Source: Anaerolineaceae bacterium (GTDB taxonomy: Bacteria > Chloroflexota > Anaerolineae > Anaerolineales > Anaerolineaceae). From it: a stretch of 64,000 nt of DNA. Both the position numbers and the translations under genes were made by a program. Under the pieces are notes generated by a model. The model saw nothing but the letters and a program-made list of their open reading frames with translations. It had not been told where the DNA came from and made no database searches. Below are positions 8,492 through 17,046 of the stretch, in pieces (positions within the stretch are counted from its first letter, which is position 1; each line of letters starts with the position of its first letter). The stretch lies in NCBI GenBank assembly GCA_040768105.1, contig JAXGNE010000013.1:7490-71489 (forward strand), given 5' to 3'.

Positions 8492-8923
8492 TTAGACAAC
8501 TTCCATTGTTACAGGCGTTGTGTTTACCAGGTTATCTGTCACAGGACAGCGTGCTTCCACCTTTTTAAGAAATGCCTGTTTTTCCTCAAAGGTCAACCCA
8601 GGTGCATCCACGTCAGCGCTCACCTTAATACCAACAAACCCAGCCCGATTCTCAGTTGATTTGCCCATTAAGACATCCAAATCAACATCACCCTCAACCG
8701 CCACAAAAATCCCATTCATTTTTATGCGCTCTTGCTTTGCAACAATCACAGCTACCGTGGCGAGGCAGCTGCCCCAAGCAGCGAGTAAGTAATCCAATGG
8801 ACTGGCTCCCTCATCCTGACCGCCCATTTGGGATGGTTGATCAACAACTAAGGTATGGTTTCCAGCCTCAACATCAATTCTAAATCCTGTGTTGGATTTT
8901 GCAGTTATGTTTACGGTTTTCAT
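8492..8923 (-). CDS. OsmC/Ohr-family protein
   Basis: GASPLDYLLAAWGSCL and ARCPV motifs. 143 aa. Confidence 0.8.
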   Translation of the reverse strand: MKTVNITAKSNTGFRIDVEAGNHTLVVDQPSQMGGQDEGASPLDYLLAAWGSCLATVAVIVAKQERIKMNGIFVAVEGDVDLDVLMGKSTENRAGFVGIKVSADVDAPGLTFEEKQAFLKKVEARCPVTDNLVNTTPVTMEVV

Positions 8924-8951
8924 ATTTTTATCCTTTCCTAAAACAAACTTA

Positions 8952-8995
8952 TTTATTATTATAATTACTACGTATATATTTTTTATTATTATAAT
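8952..8995. repeat. Two copies of a 14-nt direct repeat TTTATTATTATAAT, 30 nt apart, in an extremely AT-rich divergent intergenic region
   Basis: Copies at 8952-8965 and 8982-8995. Each contains the palindromic ATTATAAT. Confidence 0.7.
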
Positions 8996-9121
8996 ATAAA
9001 TAATATATATACAATTTTAACGCATAAGATATGTACTGATGATCATAAAATAAATATTGATATTAACTTTGATTTTCTCAATTTTTTTTGTCTTTTTTAT
9101 TGATTTTATTAATATTCACTA

Positions 9122-9149
9122 TTGACTTTTTTTGTAAAAGTGATAAAAT
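9122..9149 (+). promoter_or_regulatory. Near-consensus sigma70 promoter with extended -10
   Basis: TTGACT (9122-9127), a 16-nt spacer, then TGaTAAAAT (9141-9149). AAGGAG lies 10 nt before the ATG at 9192. Confidence 0.7.
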
Positions 9150-9191
9150 GGGGGTTAGAATAGACTGATTTAACCAAGGAGAAATTAAAAT

Positions 9192-9599
9192 ATGCGCCGT
9201 TTACCAGAAAAATGCCCTATTTGTGAATCGGATGTATATATCACTCGCTTTTATTGCCCAAAATGTGAAACTAACTTTGAAGGACATTTTCAAGCACATT
9301 CTGGTCCTTTCGCAGATTTAAGCGAGGAACAACGCCAATTTGTGCTGACATTTGTGCGTTGTGAGGGGCGTTTCAACCGCATGGAAGATGAGCTGAACCT
9401 CTCTTATCCTACCTTGCGGAATCGACTTTATGACGTGATCAGGGCTTTAGGGTTTGAACCCGGCAAAGAGGAAGAACGTACGCTTACAGCCCAAGAACGC
9501 TTACAAATTTTGGATGACCTCGAAAAGGGAAAAATCAATACAATCCAAGCGCAACAGTTACTACAAGGTTTAGAGCTCGAATTCAAGAAAGGAGCATAA
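9192..9599 (+). CDS. DUF2089-family zinc-ribbon/HTH protein
   Basis: CPICESDVYITRFYCPKCETNFEG zinc ribbon. FVLTFVRCEGRFNRMEDELNLSYPTLRNRL is typical of DUF2089. Confidence 0.75.
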   Translation: MRRLPEKCPICESDVYITRFYCPKCETNFEGHFQAHSGPFADLSEEQRQFVLTFVRCEGRFNRMEDELNLSYPTLRNRLYDVIRALGFEPGKEEERTLTAQERLQILDDLEKGKINTIQAQQLLQGLELEFKKGA

Positions 9600-9601
9600 A
9601 A

Positions 9602-10012
9602 ATGGCCTCAACTGAAGAAAGAATGCGAATTTTGCTGATGATCCAGGAAGGAAAAATCAGCGCTGCTGAAGGAGCAAGGTTGATAGAAGCCTTAGATACG
9701 ATTTCTGAGAAACCAAAAGCACCCAAAATCCCAGGTCCAGTTGAAGGAGAACCGTTTTCTTCATCGACAGCCAAACCACGCTTTATGCGTGTCAAAATTA
9801 CGGATACTAACACAGGAAAGTCTAGGGTAAACATCCGGCTGCCTGTCTCCTTAATTAGCTCCGGCATGCGCCTTGGCGCAAAGTTTGCCCCAGAAATTGA
9901 AGGGCTTGACGAACAAACTCTCAATACCTGGTTAAATGCCGGGGAAATTGGCCAAATTGTTGATGTATTAGATGATGAAGACGGCGAACACATCGAGGTG
10001 TTTCTCGAATAA
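9602..10012 (+). CDS. SHOCT-like / YvlB N-terminal-like domain protein
   Basis: EERMRILLMIQEGKISAAEGARLIEAL motif. The start is 3 nt after the DUF2089 gene stop. Confidence 0.45.
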   Translation: MASTEERMRILLMIQEGKISAAEGARLIEALDTISEKPKAPKIPGPVEGEPFSSSTAKPRFMRVKITDTNTGKSRVNIRLPVSLISSGMRLGAKFAPEIEGLDEQTLNTWLNAGEIGQIVDVLDDEDGEHIEVFLE

Positions 10013-10057
10013 ATCCTGTAATAAATCATCTCTGATATAATCTTTCATCTCAGTTTA

Positions 10058-10115
10058 CAGCATTTGCCATGCAATCGGTACGTGCAATTTAGATGGCAAT
10101 TGCTGTGTTTTTTTT
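10058..10115 (+). terminator. Intrinsic terminator candidate
   Basis: 13-bp stem with one mismatch, cagcatttgccat / atggcaattgctg, around a 22-nt loop, followed by T8 (10108-10115). Confidence 0.55.
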
Positions 10116-10129
10116 GACAACTGCTAAAC

Positions 10130-11416
10130 ATGGGAACTAATCAACAAAAAAGAACACCTTTACTATCACCAATGCTGCAAGTGTTCATGGTAGCCATGAT
10201 TTTTGCTAACGTGGCTGGCTCTATGTATGGCCCCTTACTGCCTTTATATTTAAAGTCACTTGGTGCAAATGTCATCCAGATTGGTTTGTTTTTTACTATC
10301 GCACAAATCATCCCGCTCGTGTTGCAGATCCTTGGCGGATGGATTTCGGATAGTTTGGGGCGCCTTAAAAGCGTTGCAATAGGCAGCGTAGCGGGTTTGC
10401 TCTCTTATGCCGGCCTGATCCTTGCGCCAACCTGGCAGTGGGTGCTGAGCGGTGAGGCTTTAGGTGCCATTACCAGGTCCCTGATTGGACCCAGCTTCGG
10501 TGCTTTTATCGCCGAAGAATCAGCAGAAGAAAACCGTGCCCGGGTCTACGGGCTAACAGAATCAATTTTTACAATCGTGACCATTGTTGGTCCCCCCTTA
10601 GGGGGCTTCATGGTGGATAAGTTTGGATTTAAGGTTATGCTGATCACTGCTGCAGCCATATATTCCGTTGCCACTGTGATGCGGGTGTTGATGGCAAAGC
10701 GTGCAGCCGCTCACCCACAGGCAAAACGCAACGGCCCGCTAACCATGAAGTCATTAAGTACCAATCTTGGTGCTATGTTTGGTCTGCTGATGGCAGGTGG
10801 GGTCATCACTTGGGTGCTGATTACAGATGGCATCCGGGATATTTCATTTTCTTTTTCAGGGTCACTTCTACCTGTTTATTTAGAGGAAATTGGATCCCTT
10901 TCAGCACAGCAAATCGGTTGGTTAGCATCGATTATGGGCGTTTGCAGTATGCTCACCAATTTCCCGGCTGGCTGGCTAGCTGACAAGAAAGGCGAACGCC
11001 TGGCAATTATCTTGGGCTTCCTTTTAGAAGCAGCGGCTTTGTTTATTTTTATTAAAGCAGAAACTTTCTGGGGCTTCGCAGCGACTTGGGGTATTTTCGG
11101 AATCGGCACTGGCCTAATGGCACCAGCTTACCAATCCCTGCTTAGTAAGGTACTGCCAGATAAATTGCGTGGCACAGGTTTTGGGTTAATTCATTCCAGT
11201 TTGGGTCTATTTTCCTTACCTGCCCCTGCAATTGGTGCCTCTATCTATCAAAACATATCTCCATCAACCCCCTTCATGATTACAGCTTGGGCATCGCTTT
11301 TAGCCATCATCCCTGTATGGCTAAAGTTCAAAGCATCAGATAAAGACCAAAAGGCTACCCATATAGCTTTGGAGAAAATCAACCACTATGAAAGCGATCT
11401 GTCGCAAGTAAATTAA
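10130..11416 (+). CDS. MFS transporter
   Basis: About 12 hydrophobic spans and a GWISDSLGR motif between TM2 and TM3. The start is uncertain (alternative ATG at 10172). Confidence 0.75.
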   Translation: MGTNQQKRTPLLSPMLQVFMVAMIFANVAGSMYGPLLPLYLKSLGANVIQIGLFFTIAQIIPLVLQILGGWISDSLGRLKSVAIGSVAGLLSYAGLILAPTWQWVLSGEALGAITRSLIGPSFGAFIAEESAEENRARVYGLTESIFTIVTIVGPPLGGFMVDKFGFKVMLITAAAIYSVATVMRVLMAKRAAAHPQAKRNGPLTMKSLSTNLGAMFGLLMAGGVITWVLITDGIRDISFSFSGSLLPVYLEEIGSLSAQQIGWLASIMGVCSMLTNFPAGWLADKKGERLAIILGFLLEAAALFIFIKAETFWGFAATWGIFGIGTGLMAPAYQSLLSKVLPDKLRGTGFGLIHSSLGLFSLPAPAIGASIYQNISPSTPFMITAWASLLAIIPVWLKFKASDKDQKATHIALEKINHYESDLSQVN

Positions 11417-11448
11417 TCAGAAGTAAGTTTTAATAGGTCAAGTTACTC

Positions 11449-12738
11449 ATGGAACGACCAACAAATACAGATTTTGGTCATTGGAAGAAACGCTTTTTTA
11501 CCATTTGGTCCGGGCAGGCAGTCTCTATGCTTGGCAGCCGGCTGGTTGGTTTTGCTTTTGTTTGGTACCTTACCTCCAGCACTGGTTCGGCTACTGTATT
11601 AGCAATCGGCTCTTTAATGAGCTTGCTGCCAGATGTAATCATTAGCCCAATTTCAGGTGCATTGGTTGATCGTTGGAATCGCAAAACGGTTTTGATTGTT
11701 TCTGACGTCCTGACAGCCTTGGTGACCTTGGCTTTAGCTGGCCTATTTGCCTTCACAGAGGTCAGGCTTTGGCAAATTTACAGTGTAATGTTCCTGCGTT
11801 CAGCTTTCGGCACCTTCCAATGGACAGCCATGCTGACATCAACATCATTGATGGTCCCTAAAAACCAGCTCGCACATGTTTCTGGCATGAATCAGACTCT
11901 TGCCGGCTTACTAGGCATCCTTGCCCCTCCGCTTGGTGCCTTTCTTCTCGGTATTTTACCTATGGATGGCATCCTCTTAGTTGATGTTGCAACAGCATTC
12001 GTAGCTATCATACCGCTTTTCTTCTTTCACCTTCCCCAACCTGAAATTGACCCCGGAATTAAAGACGAAAAGGGCAATTACAAAAAGAACCTTTGGCAGG
12101 ACATGATTGAGGGTTTTCAATTCATTCGCACCTTACCCGGTTTACTCTTTATCATCATTACTGCTATGTTAATCAATTTAATCCTTTCGCCGGCATTTTC
12201 CCTCTTGCCCTTATTGGTCACAGAATATTTCAAAAGAGGTGTTCTTGACCTTGGTCTCGCTGAATCTGTTTTTAGTATCGGTTTTGTCGTTGGCGGTTTA
12301 GTTTTGAGCATCTGGGGAGGATTTAAGAACCGCTTAATAACCTCGATGACTTTTCTGTTGGTAATGGGCTTGGGAGTATCTTTACTGGGAATTATTCCAC
12401 GCAGTGGTTATTATTTTGCGATTGCTGCCCTAGCATTAGTTGGATTAGCCAATCCGCTTACAAACGGTCCGCTTATGGCAGCCATGCAAGCGCGCGTTGA
12501 ACCACAAAAACAGGGGCGTGTTTTTTCAATCATCAACGCAGGGGCTTCATTAGCAACCCCTATTGGTCTCGGTATTGCAGGTCCCTTGTCTGACGCAGTT
12601 GGCGTGCATATATGGTTTTTAGCAGGTGGCGTTGTGTGCATCTTTGCAGGGGTATCAAACTTGCTAAACAAACATGTGATCAACCTTGGAAAAATCCCAG
12701 AAGAAATTCAAGCCCCAAAAAACCCTATTAATAGTTAA
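11449..12738 (+). CDS. MFS transporter (EntS/macrolide-efflux-like subgroup)
   Basis: FFTIWSGQAVSMLGS and GALVDRWNRK motifs. Polytopic. Confidence 0.75.
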   Translation: MERPTNTDFGHWKKRFFTIWSGQAVSMLGSRLVGFAFVWYLTSSTGSATVLAIGSLMSLLPDVIISPISGALVDRWNRKTVLIVSDVLTALVTLALAGLFAFTEVRLWQIYSVMFLRSAFGTFQWTAMLTSTSLMVPKNQLAHVSGMNQTLAGLLGILAPPLGAFLLGILPMDGILLVDVATAFVAIIPLFFFHLPQPEIDPGIKDEKGNYKKNLWQDMIEGFQFIRTLPGLLFIIITAMLINLILSPAFSLLPLLVTEYFKRGVLDLGLAESVFSIGFVVGGLVLSIWGGFKNRLITSMTFLLVMGLGVSLLGIIPRSGYYFAIAALALVGLANPLTNGPLMAAMQARVEPQKQGRVFSIINAGASLATPIGLGIAGPLSDAVGVHIWFLAGGVVCIFAGVSNLLNKHVINLGKIPEEIQAPKNPINS

Positions 12739-12884
12739 TAACTCATTGCAATCCGTCAAAACCTAAAATAATTGGAACAAATAAAAAAGACTTCTCGTCT
12801 GATTGTTATAGAAGAGAAATTTTAATATATAGTTAATTTACATAAACAATTTTGATTAATTTACCTGATTGTTTGGAGGTTGAA

Positions 12885-13937
12885 ATGAACCAAAAATTTT
12901 TAATCCTTTCAACGCTGATTATCATCATCATAAGTATTACAGCATGTTCACCCGAAAAAGCGGACATGCGCAACCCCGCCTCAGTTTTTTGCGAAGAACA
13001 AGGTGGAACCCTCGAGATCCGTACCGACAAAGATGGCGGACAAATAGGTTATTGTATCTTCGAGGACGGTAGCGAGTGTGAAGAATGGGCTTTTTACCGG
13101 GGGGAATGCAAACCTGGTGAAAGCCTGGCAAAAGAGATCGGCATGCCCAATCCAGCTTCTGTTTTCTGCGAAGAAAATGGTGGGAAGCTCGAAATCCGCA
13201 CAGACGAATCGGGGGGTCAAGTAGGATTTTGCCTCTTTGAAGATGGCAGTGAATGTGAAGAATGGGCTTATTACCGGGGTGAATGTAAACCCGGGGATAG
13301 CCTAGACCAAGCAATTGGTTTGCCAAACCCTGCTTCAGTTCATTGCCAAGAGAAAGGCGGCAAGCTTGAGATAATTACTGATGCTTACGGCAACCAAATC
13401 GGCATGTGTAATTTCGCGGATGGCAGTGCCTGTGAAGAATGGGCTTTTTACCGCGGCGCTTGTGTGGAGGGCGGCATTTATCCGTTAACAGTAAAAGCGG
13501 AGGATGGCTGTTACATCTATCGCAATGAGAGATTATCATACAGCCTACATATTCCCCAAGATTCCCAGGTGACATCCGTTGGCGATCCGGGGCAGACCAT
13601 CAGCCTAATTGGCCCCCTGAGTAATGATGAGCATTGGCCGATGATTTACGTCAACCATCCTTCAATTGAGCCCTATATTACAGGGACAGATAAGGACCTG
13701 GAAACAATCTTGGCTGAGAATAATTTACTGATCGAAGAACGGAAAGAAGATAGGGTCATTGCCGGCGAAACAGCAATTCACCTTCATCATCCGCGCAGCC
13801 CGCAATCTTATGCCTCAGATACGTTTTTCTTCATCCATAATGACCAGCTATTTAGTATTGTTTTTCTGCATACTGCTGATAAAGAAGACTGGGATCTTTA
13901 CAACCACTTTCTTAATAGCATTAGCTTCAGCGACTAA
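12885..13937 (+). CDS. Lipoprotein with three tandem DUF333 (putative hemolysin-type) domains plus an unknown C-terminal domain
   Basis: GGAGG lies 5 nt before the ATG at 12885. Lipobox SITAC. NPASVFCEE.GG.LEI..D..G.Q.G.C.F.DGS.CEEWA.YRG.C occurs three times. Confidence 0.75.
   Translation: MNQKFLILSTLIIIIISITACSPEKADMRNPASVFCEEQGGTLEIRTDKDGGQIGYCIFEDGSECEEWAFYRGECKPGESLAKEIGMPNPASVFCEENGGKLEIRTDESGGQVGFCLFEDGSECEEWAYYRGECKPGDSLDQAIGLPNPASVHCQEKGGKLEIITDAYGNQIGMCNFADGSACEEWAFYRGACVEGGIYPLTVKAEDGCYIYRNERLSYSLHIPQDSQVTSVGDPGQTISLIGPLSNDEHWPMIYVNHPSIEPYITGTDKDLETILAENNLLIEERKEDRVIAGETAIHLHHPRSPQSYASDTFFFIHNDQLFSIVFLHTADKEDWDLYNHFLNSISFSD
12972..13475 (+). repeat. Three in-frame tandem coding repeats (177, 177 and 150 nt) encoding the DUF333 modules
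   Basis: Units start at 12972, 13149 and 13326. The protein repeats are clearly alignable. Confidence 0.85.
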
Positions 13938-13964
13938 TAACACAAAAGATAGCGTTAGACTTTA

Positions 13965-13996
13965 CCAGCCCAAAATTTACATCTAGGGCTGGTTTT
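13965..13996 (+). terminator. Intrinsic terminator candidate
   Basis: ccagccc / gggctgg stem with a 14-nt loop, followed by TTTT. Confidence 0.45.
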
Positions 13997-14024
13997 CAAT
14001 TTTAAGATCCCCTTTATGCCAATA

Positions 14025-15311
14025 TTAGTCAATGACCTCTAATAGCCCTTCTCTTATCAAGGTATTGATAGTGGGCAGAATTTCCCATAAAGGCACACCA
14101 ATTAATTCTGCCAATTCTAAGCTTGTCCGAGTCCCATCTGCATAAGCCAAGATGTTCATCATATTCTTCACCAATTTTGCGGTGTCTTTTGTGCTAATGG
14201 TTGGGTATAAACCGCGTTTACCCAGTTGAGGTTCGCATAATACGGTTCCTTTTAATTTCTCGTTGGCCTCAAGACATTGTATTGCTTTTTGGTAAATGGC
14301 AAAGCTGCCTGATAAACCAGCTGGGGAAATGAAAGAGAGATCATCTAAGGAAGTATGGTACTCTGGGTATTCATGGTATTTTGATCTCATCATGGAACAA
14401 ACTGGCAAATCAACACCAGGGCTGCAGTATTGACGTTCGTCGCTGCCCCGATCCATGAAGGTGTAAGGCTTAAATTCAGGATGAGTATGCTTGAGCACAT
14501 GCAAAGCGACTTTGTCTGCCAAGGTATCTCCAAACCGGGAAGATAAGTAAGAGTAGTCCATTTCATCACCAACACAGGTAAGGTTAAATCCTGCAATAAT
14601 GTTTTGCTTCATGACTGCCAGGTTCTTACTTAAGTAGGTAATTGACCCAATTGTCTCAGGTATGATGATAATGCGGTAACTAAAACGCCTCGCATCAATG
14701 GTTTTCAGCCAGCGTGCCAAGAAGGTCGCTAAGACAGGTCCTGAAAGCTCATTATTTGCCATTGAAGGATGGCATAAATAGGTTGAAAAGAAGATTTCTT
14801 CCCTTTGTTCACCTGGCAAAATCAATTCACCATAAGACAGGTTGCCTGGTGCCAGGTCACTATCAATGAAGACATGGTAGGTGCCCTCTTTCAGCTTTTC
14901 ACGCAATTCGTGCGGAAGACAAAATCCCCAGCGCGCTTTATAGTAAGAAGTAATATAAGGAATCGCTGTAGGCTGGTTTGGCAATGAGTACAAATGAGGC
15001 TGTAACTCAGCTAAAGATAAGTCAAGATCAACAGGGACGGAATAGCCTACAATATGCAGGTTATTTTCCTTGAAATCACATAATTTATTACCATCAGGAT
15101 CGATGATGTAGGCATCACGGATATTCCATTCCAGCGGTACTTCCCAATCAAAGACCTTTGTACCGCTCGGGACATGGTGAATTTGCAGTTCTGGCAGGTA
15201 TTCTCTCAAAATATCTAAGGATTGACGAAAACCTTCTCCAGTGATGCTTCTACAAATAGGAAAGAGCCTGGCGCAAAGCATGTACATTTGCTTACCGATC
15301 TCATCAATCAT
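14025..15311 (-). CDS. DUF4910-domain (M28 aminopeptidase-like) protein
   Basis: LFPICRSITGEGFRQSL...HHVPSGTKVFDWEVPLEWNIRDAYI is characteristic of the DUF2172/DUF4910 family. Confidence 0.7.
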   Translation of the reverse strand: MIDEIGKQMYMLCARLFPICRSITGEGFRQSLDILREYLPELQIHHVPSGTKVFDWEVPLEWNIRDAYIIDPDGNKLCDFKENNLHIVGYSVPVDLDLSLAELQPHLYSLPNQPTAIPYITSYYKARWGFCLPHELREKLKEGTYHVFIDSDLAPGNLSYGELILPGEQREEIFFSTYLCHPSMANNELSGPVLATFLARWLKTIDARRFSYRIIIIPETIGSITYLSKNLAVMKQNIIAGFNLTCVGDEMDYSYLSSRFGDTLADKVALHVLKHTHPEFKPYTFMDRGSDERQYCSPGVDLPVCSMMRSKYHEYPEYHTSLDDLSFISPAGLSGSFAIYQKAIQCLEANEKLKGTVLCEPQLGKRGLYPTISTKDTAKLVKNMMNILAYADGTRTSLELAELIGVPLWEILPTINTLIREGLLEVID

Positions 15312-15459
15312 TTTTTTCTCCTGGCATTCATTTTTTTCTTAAGCCTTTTCAAGGTTTAATTATACTAATGCCTTATCTTGTTGTCCCATTTATCATGCTA
15401 TTGTATTAATCTAATTTATGGTAGGATATTAACCAATCATTCCTAATTTGAGAGGAAAT

Positions 15460-16893
15460 ATGTTGAGAACACGTTTTGCACCAAGCCCAACCGGTTACAT
15501 GCACATTGGAAACCTGCGCACTGCCCTGTACGCTTTCTTGATTGCCCAGAAAGACAAGGGTGTCTTCATTCTCCGGATAGAAGATACTGACCAGGCGCGC
15601 AACGTGCCAGAAGCAGTCCAGGCGATCTATAAAAGCTTAGCGCTGGCGGGCATTACCTATGACGAAGGCCCAGACAAAGATGGCGGCTTTGGTCCTTATG
15701 TGCAAAGCCAACGCCTGCCAATCTACGCAGAGTATGCCAAGCAGTTAATTGATGAAGGCGCTGCTTATTACTGTTTCTGCCAAAAAGAAGATAAGGCAGT
15801 TAGCGAAGACGAACCAGACAAAGGTATTACGCGCCGCGATCCTTGCCGCAACTTGACCCATACAGAAATCAAGGAACATTTTTCCAGAAATCCTAAGCCG
15901 GTAATTCGCCAGAAAATCCCAGAATCTGGCAGCACCACTTTTTACGATCATGTCTATGGTTCAATTACTATCGCACACGACTCGCTTGATGACCAGGTGT
16001 TACTAAAGTCAGACGGCTATCCTACTTACAATTTTGCCAACGTGGTGGATGATCACTTGATGGGCATCACCCATGTAGTACGCGGACAGGAATATCTTTC
16101 ATCAACACCCAAATACAACCTGCTTTACCAGGCTTTCGGCTGGGACATACCAGATTATGTGCACTTGCCGCATATCATCAAAGAGAATGGCGAGAAATTC
16201 AGTAAACGCTTGGGTGACCCTTCTTTTGAGGATCTTATTGTGATGGGTTACCTCCCCCAAGCCATCGTCAATTATGTTGCGCTGCTTGGGTGGAGCCCTG
16301 GTGATGACCGTGAATTCTTCACTTTGGAGACCTTAATTGATGCCTTCAGCATGGACCGCATTAATAAATCAAGTGCAGCCTTCTCTTACGACAAGCTAAA
16401 ATGGCTTAATGGGGAACACATCCGCGCCTTGCCTTTAGAAACATTTCATACTTCAGCTTTGCCCTACTATCCAGAAGCAGTTCACCATTTAGATCTGGAA
16501 AAAGTGAGTAAATTAATCCAATTACGAATAGAGCAAATGACAGCCATTCCAGAAGTCGTCCACTTTTTATCAGAATTACCAAGATACGATTTACAGTTAT
16601 TTGAAAATCCAAAATCCAAATCCACCTTGGACAGCAGCTTGAAAGTACTTCAGGAAGCTTTACCAAGATTGGAAGACCTAACCGAATGGGACAACGCTAG
16701 CCTGTTTGAAAGCTTGAAGACTTACGCAAATCAATCCAACCTAAAAGTCGGCACGGTGATGTGGCCTATTCGCACAGCACTCTCTGGCCTGCCTTCAACA
16801 CCAGGCGGTGCAACTGAATTGGCAGAGTTATTAGGTAAACACGAGAGCCTTGTACGCTTACGCAGCGCACTGAAAATGCTTGAAAAATCTTGA
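15460..16893 (+). CDS. gltX: Glutamate--tRNA ligase
   Basis: RFAPSPTGYMHIGNLRTAL (HIGH) and KFSKRLG (KMSKS). GAGAGGA upstream of the ATG at 15460. Confidence 0.95.
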   Translation: MLRTRFAPSPTGYMHIGNLRTALYAFLIAQKDKGVFILRIEDTDQARNVPEAVQAIYKSLALAGITYDEGPDKDGGFGPYVQSQRLPIYAEYAKQLIDEGAAYYCFCQKEDKAVSEDEPDKGITRRDPCRNLTHTEIKEHFSRNPKPVIRQKIPESGSTTFYDHVYGSITIAHDSLDDQVLLKSDGYPTYNFANVVDDHLMGITHVVRGQEYLSSTPKYNLLYQAFGWDIPDYVHLPHIIKENGEKFSKRLGDPSFEDLIVMGYLPQAIVNYVALLGWSPGDDREFFTLETLIDAFSMDRINKSSAAFSYDKLKWLNGEHIRALPLETFHTSALPYYPEAVHHLDLEKVSKLIQLRIEQMTAIPEVVHFLSELPRYDLQLFENPKSKSTLDSSLKVLQEALPRLEDLTEWDNASLFESLKTYANQSNLKVGTVMWPIRTALSGLPSTPGGATELAELLGKHESLVRLRSALKMLEKS

Positions 16894-17046
16894 GTTGACT
16901 CAATAATATACTTGGAAAAAGGGTGTAGTTTATAATCGGCATCCTTTTTTTATTATGGCATCATGTTTGCACCTATTCTCATAATGAAGGAACGTATTGG
17001 CTATTAATTCCGTCATTGTTTGAAGAAAAGCATTATGAGGATAAAT

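Noticed and set aside
12833-13575. Minus-strand ORFs (65-129 aa) opposite the DUF333 lipoprotein gene
   Set aside because: They are shadow ORFs created by the repeated coding sequence. The plus-strand frame carries the conserved Cys-containing repeats.
16916-16951. aaggGtg...caTcctt hairpin plus T-run after gltX
   Set aside because: The 7-bp stem has a central mismatch and a 15-nt loop. This is a marginal terminator candidate at best.
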